From Bacteroidota bacterium (lineage in GTDB: Bacteria > Bacteroidota > Bacteroidia > Chitinophagales > Saprospiraceae), in contig JAKQGD010000155.1 in the NCBI GenBank assembly GCA_029573365.1, forward strand, positions 1 through 58,980: a stretch of 58,980 bases of DNA, given 5' to 3'. The position numbers and the translations under genes are program-made. Positions within the stretch are counted from its first letter, which is position 1. Each line of letters begins with the position of its first letter. Shown here piece after piece: positions 29,391 to 38,636 of the stretch. The notes beneath the pieces were generated by a model. It searched no databases and was not told the DNA's origin. It worked only from the letters and a program-made list of their open reading frames with translations.

Positions 29391-30560
29391 ATGGTAAAAC
29401 AACTGGCTAAACTATTATTATTATTCGGGTTATTAATTGATTTTGAGCTCGCTTCAGGACAGCAGGAACATTGCCAAAAGGCTGATGTACTTATGAAAAA
29501 ACAGGACTATACCGGAGCCATTGGCCTATATGAAAAGTGCTTAGGTAGCGATTCCACCAGACATGAAACATTAAATTCGCTGGCGTTTTGTTATCTCAAT
29601 GCCGGAGATTATGCTCTGGCAAAGGAAAAATACCATATCCTCGAAAGAGTAGATTCCTTTGGCACTGAAGCAGCCATCAGGCTTGCATCCATCTACGAAG
29701 TACAGCAAAACCTGCCCAAAGCCATCAGGTACAACCTCCTGCTTAGCAAACGGTTTCCCGGCAACCCTGTTTACCTGAGAAAACTGGGCTCGCTCTACCT
29801 TCAGGGCCGCGAATCCACCCAGTCAAGGCAGATGTACCGCGAGGCTCTGATGATAAATCCTAGAGACCTTTTGGCTGTGCAAGGTTTGTCAGAGATCCTG
29901 GTGACTGCCGACAGCCTGGAGACTGCAGATTCTTTGCTGTCTGTAGGCCTTAAGACTGACAGCCTCCACATTGGCCTCAGCCTACTTAGGTCCCGGGTGT
30001 TATACCGCACAAGACATTACAGGGAGACAGCCGACATATTGCACCGGATGACATACCGCACAGAACTCAACAATTATTATAACAAATTGCTTGGCTATTC
30101 ATTTATGCAGATTGACTCCCTCGAAAAAGCCATATTTCACCTCCAAAAATCGCTGCTCGAAGAAAGTGACCCCGAGTATGCCCTTTTTTACCTGGCATTG
30201 GCATACGAAAAGAAAAAAGAATACGAACGTTCTGACTGGTATTATAGCGAAGCCATCAAGGCTGGCATATCAGAAAACGTGGCCCAGTATTACCGTGGTA
30301 AAGCCCGGATAGCCATGCAGACCGATAAAAACAAGGAAGCCATAGACCTGTACCGACAAAGCCTGGAATATCAAAAAGACCCCACTGTATATTTTTTCAT
30401 GGCCAATGCGGCGGACCTGTATTACAAGGACAAGACTAGGGCCGCAGAATATTACAGGAAATATCTGGCCAGTGGGCATGACAATGCAGAGTTTATCAGC
30501 ATATCAAAAGAGAGACTGGCCGCCATAAAGGAAAACAGGTTTATGAAAGGAGGCAAATGA
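29391..30560 (+). CDS. Tetratricopeptide-repeat protein (secreted)
   Basis: 389 aa with a signal peptide. Multiple TPR-like A/Y/L helical pairs (e.g. AIGLYEKCL, ALFYLALAYEKKKEYERSDWYYSEAI). Confidence 0.8.
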   Translation: MVKQLAKLLLLFGLLIDFELASGQQEHCQKADVLMKKQDYTGAIGLYEKCLGSDSTRHETLNSLAFCYLNAGDYALAKEKYHILERVDSFGTEAAIRLASIYEVQQNLPKAIRYNLLLSKRFPGNPVYLRKLGSLYLQGRESTQSRQMYREALMINPRDLLAVQGLSEILVTADSLETADSLLSVGLKTDSLHIGLSLLRSRVLYRTRHYRETADILHRMTYRTELNNYYNKLLGYSFMQIDSLEKAIFHLQKSLLEESDPEYALFYLALAYEKKKEYERSDWYYSEAIKAGISENVAQYYRGKARIAMQTDKNKEAIDLYRQSLEYQKDPTVYFFMANAADLYYKDKTRAAEYYRKYLASGHDNAEFISISKERLAAIKENRFMKGGK

Positions 30561-30675
30561 AATTTTACAGATTCGGTTGTTCCAATTATGACAGAGGAAA
30601 GTGTTTTTCATATCATAAAAATTTATTATATTTGCCATTTATTAAGCTTCATCATTCAAAATAAGAGACATCAGA

Positions 30676-32601
30676 ATGGCTGACCACTCTACAGTACAAT
30701 ATACCGAAGACAATATTAAAAGCCTCGACTGGCAGGAACACATCAGGCTCAGGCCCGGCATGTACATCGGCAAGCTGGGAGATGGTTCGTCACATGATGA
30801 CGGCATATATGTTCTGCTCAAAGAAGTGGTGGATAACTCCATAGACGAATATGTTATGGGCCACGGCAAGACCATTGATATACAAATAGAACACGGCAAG
30901 GTTTCTGTGAGAGACTACGGCAGGGGCATACCTCTGGGCAAGGTCATAGACTGTGTTTCCAAAATAAATACGGGTGGAAAATACGATTCCCGGGCGTTTA
31001 AAAAATCTGTGGGGCTTAACGGTGTAGGCACCAAGGCGGTCAATGCCCTTTCTTCGTATTTCAGAGTGCAGTCTGTCAGAGACGGCGAATGCAAGGTAGC
31101 CGAGTTTAAGGAAGGGGTTCTTATCAAGGACCACAAGATGGCAAAGTCAGGTGAAGTCAATGGCACGCTTATAGAGTATATAGCCGACGAAAACATATTC
31201 AAACATTTTAAATACCGCTCTGAATATGTCGAAAACCAATTATGGAACTATGCCTATCTCAATGCCGGCCTGAAACTCAACTACAATGGTAAAATACTCG
31301 TTTCTAAAAACGGGCTCAGGGACCTTCTCGAACGAAAAACGGATGTCGAAAATCTGTTGTATCCAATCATCCACCTTCAGGGCGAAGATATTGAAGTCGC
31401 CATTTCGCACAGCACACAATATGGTGAGGAGTATTACTCATTTGTCAATGGCCAGAACACGACACAGGGTGGTACACACCTTGCAGCATTCAGAGAAGCA
31501 ATAGTGAAGACGCTCCGTGATTATTATAAAAAAGATTTTGATTCACGTGATGTACAGACATCTATAGTTGGTGCCATCAGCCTGAAAGTAGAAGAGCCGG
31601 TATTTGAGTCACAAACAAAGACCAAACTCGGATCTCTCAACATGTCACCCGACGGGATAACCATCAGGTCATTTGTCGTGGACTTCCTCAAGACAAATCT
31701 GGACAACTACCTTCACAAAAACAAGGAAATCGCCGATGCAATCCTTCGCAAGATACAGCAATCGGAGCGGGAACGAAAGGAGATTGCCGATATAAAAAAA
31801 ATAGCCAACCAGCGGGCCAAGAAAGCAAATATCCACAACAAAAAGCTCCGTGATTGCAGGAATCACCTTACTGACGGACGCAAGACGGATGACGAAAACA
31901 AGCTGGCTACTACCATCTTTATCACGGAAGGTGATTCTGCCAGCGGCTCCATCACCAAAGCAAGAAATGTACAATCACAAGCGGTGTTTTCGCTAAGGGG
32001 CAAGCCTCTTAATTGTTATGGTATGACCAAAAAGGTGGTGTACCAAAACGAAGAATTAAATCTGCTCCAGCATGCACTGGACATAGAAGATGGCATCGAA
32101 AACCTCAGATACAACAGGGTAGTGATTGCCACCGATGCAGACGTAGATGGTATGCACATTAGGCTACTGCTGCTCACCTTTTTCCTGCAGTTTTTTCCTG
32201 ATCTCGTCAAGGCTGGCCACCTTTTCATCCTGGACACACCCTTATTCCGGGTCAGGGACAAGCAGAAAACATTCTACTGTTACAGCGAAAAGGAAAAACA
32301 GGAAGCCATCGGCAAACTCAGGGGAAAAGCCGAAATCACAAGGTTTAAAGGGCTGGGAGAAATTTCACCTAATGAATTTGAAGATTTTATAGGCGAAAAC
32401 ATAAGACTGGAGCCTGTCATCCTGGGCGAAAAAACCAAAATCGAAGACCTGTTAAGTTATTATATGGGTAAAAATACGCCCGAACGCCAGGAGTTTATCA
32501 TCGGCAACCTGAAAGTCGAACTCGACCATCTCACGCCCGCAGAAGAGGAAGTCATGGATTTGACTCTTGCCGGCGAAGAAGTAGGAGCTGAAGCAGGCTG
32601 A
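30676..32601 (+). CDS. parE: DNA topoisomerase IV subunit B (type IIA topoisomerase ATPase subunit)
   Basis: 641 aa. [31 protein letters not shown], Toprim EGDSAGG-like (TEGDSASGS), [10 protein letters not shown]-terminus [30 protein letters not shown] looks like Bacteroidota ParE rather than GyrB. Confidence 0.88.
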   Translation: MADHSTVQYTEDNIKSLDWQEHIRLRPGMYIGKLGDGSSHDDGIYVLLKEVVDNSIDEYVMGHGKTIDIQIEHGKVSVRDYGRGIPLGKVIDCVSKINTGGKYDSRAFKKSVGLNGVGTKAVNALSSYFRVQSVRDGECKVAEFKEGVLIKDHKMAKSGEVNGTLIEYIADENIFKHFKYRSEYVENQLWNYAYLNAGLKLNYNGKILVSKNGLRDLLERKTDVENLLYPIIHLQGEDIEVAISHSTQYGEEYYSFVNGQNTTQGGTHLAAFREAIVKTLRDYYKKDFDSRDVQTSIVGAISLKVEEPVFESQTKTKLGSLNMSPDGITIRSFVVDFLKTNLDNYLHKNKEIADAILRKIQQSERERKEIADIKKIANQRAKKANIHNKKLRDCRNHLTDGRKTDDENKLATTIFITEGDSASGSITKARNVQSQAVFSLRGKPLNCYGMTKKVVYQNEELNLLQHALDIEDGIENLRYNRVVIATDADVDGMHIRLLLLTFFLQFFPDLVKAGHLFILDTPLFRVRDKQKTFYCYSEKEKQEAIGKLRGKAEITRFKGLGEISPNEFEDFIGENIRLEPVILGEKTKIEDLLSYYMGKNTPERQEFIIGNLKVELDHLTPAEEEVMDLTLAGEEVGAEAG

Positions 32602-32616
32602 CCTATAAATGGTGGC

Positions 32617-33147
32617 TTACCACAGCTTGTTGTATTCCGGATTGTTTACCCACTTTCCCCATTTTTTATTGTAGGTGTGGATATTTTTTGTAGGTTTTCC
32701 CTGGAGGTCGTAAAGATCATGGCCTGCATTGGCCCACTCAAATATGCTACCATAGAGGTTTGACACATTGGTAAAACCTGCCTTAATCATTTTTGTGGCT
32801 ATCTTTTCGCTCCTGTATCCAATAGAGCAATACACCACAATCCTCTTATTTTTTGGAATATCCTTTAACATGTCCAAATCAAACTTGTTGTAATCCACAA
32901 ATCTGGCCGCCGGAATATGGGATACCTTGTACTCTCCAAAGCCGCGTGCATCTACAAACAGGATTTTATCCCTGTCATTGTAAGCATCAGTCACACTGAT
33001 TACGGGTGCGGTATATTCAAGATAACTGTTAACCTTACGGTCAAACTCAGGATTGGCACAAGATGCAAGCTTTGAATACTGGCTAACCAGGGTTTCTGTC
33101 ATCGTTGTGATAGTGGTAAAAAGTAACAGGATTCTTAAATAAATCAT
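32617..33147 (-). CDS. Rhodanese-like domain protein (secreted/periplasmic)
   Basis: I start at MIYLRILLLFTT (ATG 33147); the ORF-track 33186 would overlap the upstream gene. Active-site loop VVYCSIGYRS. Confidence 0.82.
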   Translation of the reverse strand: MIYLRILLLFTTITTMTETLVSQYSKLASCANPEFDRKVNSYLEYTAPVISVTDAYNDRDKILFVDARGFGEYKVSHIPAARFVDYNKFDLDMLKDIPKNKRIVVYCSIGYRSEKIATKMIKAGFTNVSNLYGSIFEWANAGHDLYDLQGKPTKNIHTYNKKWGKWVNNPEYNKLW

Positions 33148-33163
33148 AGTGCGGCTATAAGTG

Positions 33164-34234
33164 TCAGGAAATTTTGACAGGACCATCGCCTACCTTGTCT
33201 TTGATAATCCTGCCTTCGTGACAAAGGGGTTTCAGGAAAGACGAGATGAAGCGGCTCACTTTTTCTTCGTATTCGTCAGGATACAACAGATGTACATTGG
33301 GTCCGGCATCCAGAGTAAAATAAAGAGGTATACCGGTTTCTGTCCTGAATTGTCTTACGAGATTTATAGCTGACAGGGAGCCTTCCTTCATCAGGATGTA
33401 TGAAGGATCTGAGCACATCATGAGGGCGTGGAGAGTGAGGGCTTCGTCTTCCGTGATTTTGCCAAAGGTGTCTAAATCGCCGTCATGCAGTGCGGCGATG
33501 AGCTTTGCTGCTCTTTCGTTGGCCTGTTTATACCGTGCCGGGGCGTATGGGTTACCTTCCATAAGGGCATGACCTGCTGAGGAGGAGACACTTTTTTCTT
33601 CGGGGCTGATAATAAGGATGTCATCATGAAACGACCGGAATACCTGATGAACCTCCTGCGAAAGTCCCAGGGCCCATTCGTCTGAAGACCCGGCCAGAGA
33701 GGGCAATTCACCCCATATGGCGGCCGTCTGATATACCGATCTGCAGGCACTGCCACTTCCGAGCCTGCTTATAAGAGATGCTTTCCTGAGCATTGCCGAT
33801 GACCCCGGAGTCATGCCGGTAATCATGGTTTCGAGGTCACAGAGAGCCATGGCCAGGGCAGACATCGCTGATGCCGAGGATGCTATGCCACTGCTATGTG
33901 GGAAGGAATTGCTGGTTTCGATACTGAGGTGGCCGCTTTTTAAAAAAGGAAAATACGGCTCAGTTATGTTTTCGAGAAACCTTCGTATGCGGCCCTCAAA
34001 TGCAGGGTTTTCGCGTCCCTCAAAGATAAATTTGAGTTTGAGAGCATCACTTCCGAGGTCCTCTTCCCACGAAAGGAAGGTGCGGGTAGCCGCTTCACTC
34101 AGCGTAAAACTCACTGAGGCATTGTTTGGCAACTGATTGCTATGTTTGCCCCAATACTTAACCAGGGCTATGTTTGATGGGCATTGCCAGCCTGTGGAAT
34201 ATTTAAGATTTCCCTGACCTGTTGAGTTTGACAT
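33164..34234 (-). CDS. mvaD: Diphosphomevalonate decarboxylase (GHMP kinase family)
   Basis: SNIALVKYWGK, the GHMP motif SSGIASSASAMSALAMAL, and FTLDAGPNVHLL. The start is uncertain (34234, 34273 or 34321), and every option overlaps the upstream gene's 3' end. Confidence 0.88.
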   Translation of the reverse strand: MSNSTGQGNLKYSTGWQCPSNIALVKYWGKHSNQLPNNASVSFTLSEAATRTFLSWEEDLGSDALKLKFIFEGRENPAFEGRIRRFLENITEPYFPFLKSGHLSIETSNSFPHSSGIASSASAMSALAMALCDLETMITGMTPGSSAMLRKASLISRLGSGSACRSVYQTAAIWGELPSLAGSSDEWALGLSQEVHQVFRSFHDDILIISPEEKSVSSSAGHALMEGNPYAPARYKQANERAAKLIAALHDGDLDTFGKITEDEALTLHALMMCSDPSYILMKEGSLSAINLVRQFRTETGIPLYFTLDAGPNVHLLYPDEYEEKVSRFISSFLKPLCHEGRIIKDKVGDGPVKIS

Positions 34235-34916
34235 ACTTGAGACTGGTTTCGTTTTCGATGCGGTAAGATACATCAAAATCCTGAAGTACGGCGTCAAGAA
34301 TGGGATATTGCCCTTTGACATAACCTTCTTTCAGATCATAGCTGTAGAGCTTAGAAAATGTATTCCAATAAAATGCCTTAAATCCCCCTTTAAGGTCTTT
34401 AATAAGGTTGTAAATAGGTTGTCCGGTCTCTTTCTCAATCATCTTAATCATAATCTTGCCCTGCAGCTTTGTAAGGTTTTTTAGGGGCTCTTCAAATTCT
34501 TTTGTGAGCTGGTCTTCGAGTTCGGCGATTTTTTTCTTCCTTTCTTTCTTGCTCATGTGTTGTGATGCATACTCCAATTCCCTGAATATACGGATGGCTT
34601 CCTTGGCGTAAGGGTACACCTTTGCTGCGTAGTTTCTGAATTTCTGATACTTGAGATAATCATCATTTGAGGCAAATGACCTGTTTGCCGTAATGCTGAT
34701 GTCGTCCAGATCTACAAGAATCAGTGTGTCTCCGGTCTCCGTGATGAGTGCGGGATATACCCTGCCTTCGACCGTTATTTTTGTTTCCGTTCCGCCCATC
34801 TCAGGGATTTTTTGTGCATGGGTTTTGAATGGAATTAACAGAGAAACAAAAAGTGACATGAATGCCAAAAGATAACTCTTGCGACCATAGGTTTGGGTCA
34901 ATGTTTTTAAGGTCAA
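34203..34916 (-). CDS. DUF4294-like secreted protein
   Basis: 237 aa with a signal peptide. KKERKKKIAELEDQLTKEFEEPLKNLTKLQGKIMIKMIEKETGQPIYNLIKDLKGGFKAFYW matches my memory of DUF4294. Confidence 0.7.
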   Translation of the reverse strand: MTLKTLTQTYGRKSYLLAFMSLFVSLLIPFKTHAQKIPEMGGTETKITVEGRVYPALITETGDTLILVDLDDISITANRSFASNDDYLKYQKFRNYAAKVYPYAKEAIRIFRELEYASQHMSKKERKKKIAELEDQLTKEFEEPLKNLTKLQGKIMIKMIEKETGQPIYNLIKDLKGGFKAFYWNTFSKLYSYDLKEGYVKGQYPILDAVLQDFDVSYRIENETSLKYVKLNRSGKS

Positions 34917-35110
34917 GGTGGTTTTATTTTGTTAAAGTCAAAACGTTTGTCCGTCCGGATAAGTTATACGTTTTAAAATCTTTAACACTTGTCGGCAAAT
35001 GAGAAAGGGTGACATATGTATAAATCCGGGGTCAAAAAGCAAGATTTACCGATTTAAGTCCATTTTGTTTTTGTAACATTGCTTTTAATTTTATTCCCCG
35101 ACTGACAGCA

Positions 35111-36805
35111 TTGAAAAATATAGTTCTTTTAGTATTCATCCTTGTCTTAAACTGGCAGCAGGCCACAGCCCAGCACAGCCTGGAAAAGTTGCCCTATCCT
35201 GTCAACTCGGATTACCTGGACGAAATATGCCCTGTACTGTCGCCAGACAGGCAGCTGCTTTTTTTTACGAGAATGGCTGACCCTGATTGTGAAAAGACAC
35301 TTATTATAGACGGAATGGATGTAAATCAAAGTCTATCGCCTGACGAATATGCGTTCAGACTGCAAAAGGTGTATTCTCAAATAGCCAACAGAGTGATTGC
35401 AGATCCCCTGGCTACTACCTACAACCAGGATATATGGTATACGCGACTCTCCGATGGCCAACCGGTAGGAATCTATCATCCCGGATATCCTATCAATGAT
35501 GTGTTGCCTAATAGTATTTGTTCAGGTTATGGTACTGCCAATGCCTATCTTGTTATAAATCAGTTTGAAAAGACGGGAGGGATTGACAGGGGGTTTTCAA
35601 CAACACATCTAAATGGGAGAGAGTTTGCTTTTCCAGAACCCCTCCATATAGAAAGATTCAACAAGTCTGCAAGCGAACTGAACCTGACGGCAGCCACAGA
35701 CTCATCAGTCGTCATCCTGGCGATGAAGGACGAAAACGGATACGGCAACATGGACCTGTATGTCTGTTTCAGAACAGGACCCTCAGCATACAGCCAACCC
35801 GTCAATCTTGGTCCTGATATAAATACTGCAAGCAGGGAATCCACGCCTGTTCTCAGCAGTGATCTCAAAAGAATTTACTTTTCGTCTGACAGACCGGGCA
35901 GCTACGGAGGCACCGACATTTACTATGCCCAAAGAAAGGATTTTACCTTTACCTCATGGTCTGCCCCTGTGCGTTTAAATCCGCCGGTCAATTCACCATA
36001 TGATGACTCACATCCGTATCTGGCATCTGATGACGACAGCTTCTATTTTACCTCTAACAGGGATGGAACCAGCGACATTTACAAAGCCCGGCTGATACGA
36101 CAAAAACCAGGGAAAGAAGTGTCGGTCACTATTAAAATTATCAATGGTAAAACAGGGAAAAAGAGTACGGCAGAGCTCATCTGGGGCGAGGCCTACCAGG
36201 ATTTGAGGCCCGGTTTTTTCAGAGCAAGGGAGGGTGTGGCCAAGTACGTGTTTTATGAAAATAAGCCCATGGCGTTTAAGGCCGTTAACAGGGATCTTTT
36301 CAGTGACGAAGTGATTATTGACCCTCAGGACCTGATAAATGCGGGAGAAACAAACAGGGAAATCGTACTTATCATGTATGGACCCCAGAGACCGGAACCT
36401 CCATCCTTACCAAGACTCAAAGCGGAGAAAAAAAATGAAGGACTGACAGATGATGATCTCAATGCCAGGGCAAGCCTGAAAAGCATTTATTTCGAAAGAA
36501 CCAAACCCGAGGTGCTGCAGCAGTCCTATCCGGTGATCAAACAACTGGCCGAAATCATGCTGGAGAGGCCCCGCCTTTATATCCTTATAGCCGGACACAC
36601 TGACAATGTGGGTGACGAAGCCGCAAAGCAAAAGTTATCCGAGGACAGAGCCCGTGCCATAAAGGACCTCCTCGTACAAATGGGTGTGCCTGAAGACCGT
36701 GTAGATACCGCTGGATACGGTGATTCCAGACCCATTGCACCTAATGATACGGAAACAAATAAGAGCCGCAACAGAAGGGTGGAGATTAAAATCGTATCTC
36801 AGTAG
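35111..36805 (+). CDS. OmpA-family peptidoglycan-binding protein with N-terminal TolB-like (PD40) beta-propeller repeats
   Basis: 564 aa; TTG start giving the signal peptide MKNIVLLVFILVLNWQQATAQ. PD40-like repeats (SSDLKRIYFSSDRPGSYGGTDIYY, SDDDSFYFTSNRDGTSDIY). C-terminal OmpA domain IAGHTDNVGD...NRRVEIKI. Confidence 0.9.
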   Translation: MKNIVLLVFILVLNWQQATAQHSLEKLPYPVNSDYLDEICPVLSPDRQLLFFTRMADPDCEKTLIIDGMDVNQSLSPDEYAFRLQKVYSQIANRVIADPLATTYNQDIWYTRLSDGQPVGIYHPGYPINDVLPNSICSGYGTANAYLVINQFEKTGGIDRGFSTTHLNGREFAFPEPLHIERFNKSASELNLTAATDSSVVILAMKDENGYGNMDLYVCFRTGPSAYSQPVNLGPDINTASRESTPVLSSDLKRIYFSSDRPGSYGGTDIYYAQRKDFTFTSWSAPVRLNPPVNSPYDDSHPYLASDDDSFYFTSNRDGTSDIYKARLIRQKPGKEVSVTIKIINGKTGKKSTAELIWGEAYQDLRPGFFRAREGVAKYVFYENKPMAFKAVNRDLFSDEVIIDPQDLINAGETNREIVLIMYGPQRPEPPSLPRLKAEKKNEGLTDDDLNARASLKSIYFERTKPEVLQQSYPVIKQLAEIMLERPRLYILIAGHTDNVGDEAAKQKLSEDRARAIKDLLVQMGVPEDRVDTAGYGDSRPIAPNDTETNKSRNRRVEIKIVSQ

Positions 36806-37370
36806 CAGGGTTGTGGACCAACCGATGGTAGGATTCCGGTGTATTGATATTTTCAAGGCAAGTGGGATTTTCAGGAAGCAGTTTTTCCGGAGGAAAAGAA
36901 TCAAGGAAAGCTTGCAGTGATCGACCGCCTTTTATAAAAAAATCCACTAAACGGTTGAGCTTTTGGGTGCCCCATACTGAGCATACAGGCTCATAACAGT
37001 TTCTGTCCTCATTATAATACATGGTGAGTCCATCGTCATGGGCCAAGTAATGATTCTGTAATAGCCCGAGGTCTGCAACAGTGATTTTAGGCATATCACA
37101 GCTGAGAAAAAATAGGGGCGTACGCAGCTGGATATAACATGAAACCATGGCACCTGCGGGTCCCTCTCCGGGATATAGGTCAGTGATGGCGGAGTAAGGA
37201 AAAGTATGGCTTATGAGCTGATTTTCATTCACCGAAAGGTGCACTTCATCGCATACTTCTGACAATAATGAGGCCATGTGGCTCCATAGTGGTTTGTCAA
37301 GCCATAGAAGCATAGCTTTGTCTGTGCCCATACGTCGGCTTTTTCCGCCCATAAGTACGACACCGATCAT
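36786..37370 (-). CDS. mobA: Molybdenum cofactor guanylyltransferase
   Basis: 194 aa. MIGVVLMGGKSRRMGTDKAML is the MobA N-terminal signature. Its 3' end overlaps the convergent ompA-family gene by 20 nt. Confidence 0.88.
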   Translation of the reverse strand: MIGVVLMGGKSRRMGTDKAMLLWLDKPLWSHMASLLSEVCDEVHLSVNENQLISHTFPYSAITDLYPGEGPAGAMVSCYIQLRTPLFFLSCDMPKITVADLGLLQNHYLAHDDGLTMYYNEDRNCYEPVCSVWGTQKLNRLVDFFIKGGRSLQAFLDSFPPEKLLPENPTCLENINTPESYHRLVHNPATEIRF

Positions 37371-37373
37371 GGT

Positions 37374-38240
37374 TCAGGTCTTTATTCTTTGTTTACCGCA
37401 GTAAATATTAAAGCCTGTTTTTTTAAGGAAGCCTATCAGTGTCTGACTGTTGCTGATTGCCAGGTCTACGGCCAGACTCGATGGTGCACCGACGGCAGCA
37501 ATCACAGGTATGCCGGCCATGGAGGCTTTTTGCACCAGCTCAAAACTTGCTCTGCCGCTGAGCAGCAGTATGTTGTCCTGAAGAGGTATCCTGCCGGCCA
37601 TCAGGGCATGGCCTACCAGCTTATCCAGAGCATTGTGTCTGCCGACGTCTTCGCTGTGGTAGAGGTATCTGCCTTGCGGCGAAAACAGGGCACAGGCGTG
37701 CAGACCTCCTGTGAGCTCAAAGGTGGACTGGACACCCAGAAGGGTTTCCTGCAATCCTTTAAGCACATCGTCTGACACTATGGTTTCCTGTTTTGTTGGC
37801 ATGAATGCTGATTTTGCCGCGATGGCTTCTACAGATGCTTTGCCGCATACTCCACAACTGGAGGTGCTGTAAAAATTTCTCTCTACGGCTCCCGGTGAAA
37901 TGTCGACACCCGCTTCGGGTATAACATTGACAGTGTTTTCATCTTTTTGCAACACGGTGGCCACCTCTGCATAGTCCCTGATCATACCTTCCGTAAAAAG
38001 GAATCCCAGTGCCAGGGCGATATCATCTCCAGGTGTACGCATCGTGATGGTCGATGGCTTACCGCTAATTTCTATCTGCAGGGGAGCCTCCACAGCTACA
38101 TAATCGCATACCTCTGTGACAGTTGCGGCTTTGTGTCGCAAGATATTTATTTCTCTGACTTCTGCCGGCTGCCTGCCTAAATCAGTCATGGGAACCAACA
38201 GGTGCCTGAGGATTGGGGAAGAGGTCAGATTCGTCTTCAT
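37374..38240 (-). CDS. fdhD: Formate dehydrogenase accessory sulfurtransferase FdhD
   Basis: 288 aa in the longest frame; an alternative start at M18 (38189) gives only an 8-nt overlap with the upstream gene. SSCGVCG, GGLHACALF, VGRHNALDKLVG. Confidence 0.9.
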   Translation of the reverse strand: MKTNLTSSPILRHLLVPMTDLGRQPAEVREINILRHKAATVTEVCDYVAVEAPLQIEISGKPSTITMRTPGDDIALALGFLFTEGMIRDYAEVATVLQKDENTVNVIPEAGVDISPGAVERNFYSTSSCGVCGKASVEAIAAKSAFMPTKQETIVSDDVLKGLQETLLGVQSTFELTGGLHACALFSPQGRYLYHSEDVGRHNALDKLVGHALMAGRIPLQDNILLLSGRASFELVQKASMAGIPVIAAVGAPSSLAVDLAISNSQTLIGFLKKTGFNIYCGKQRIKT

Positions 38241-38553
38241 GGGACCTTGGTTTCAGACATTGGAAATCTTTTTCTACCAGAATGTACAAGCCATCAGGTC
38301 TGGTAGTATCGAAGCCTACACGATGGTCAGTTTCCCAGTTTCTGGCAAGGTTTGATGGCACCAACACTGTAATCGTTGCCTCGTTAAAAGCCGCAGACAG
38401 GCTGTCAAAGTCACCCTGCACTACTTCATACTGAAGTCGGCTATTGTCAGCAAACCGGCACTCGGAGACCACCCTGCCATGAGAGGCAAACTCTAAAATC
38501 TCACCCTGAGAAAGTCTCAATCGCAAGGAATTGCCGCTGATCCGTATTTTCAT
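38182..38553 (-). CDS. Small conserved hypothetical protein
   Basis: 123 aa, MKIRISGNSLRLRLSQGEILEFASHGRVVSECRF..., with beta-rich, coding-like composition. Immediately upstream of and overlapping fdhD. Confidence 0.6.
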   Translation of the reverse strand: MKIRISGNSLRLRLSQGEILEFASHGRVVSECRFADNSRLQYEVVQGDFDSLSAAFNEATITVLVPSNLARNWETDHRVGFDTTRPDGLYILVEKDFQCLKPRSHEDESDLFPNPQAPVGSHD

Positions 38554-38636
38554 GGCAGTCTGTTATTTTGTTGCTGATGTAAATATAGGGTGTTTTTTTA
38601 TAGCATTCAAGCCGGCAACGGAAAATCTGCAGGGTG

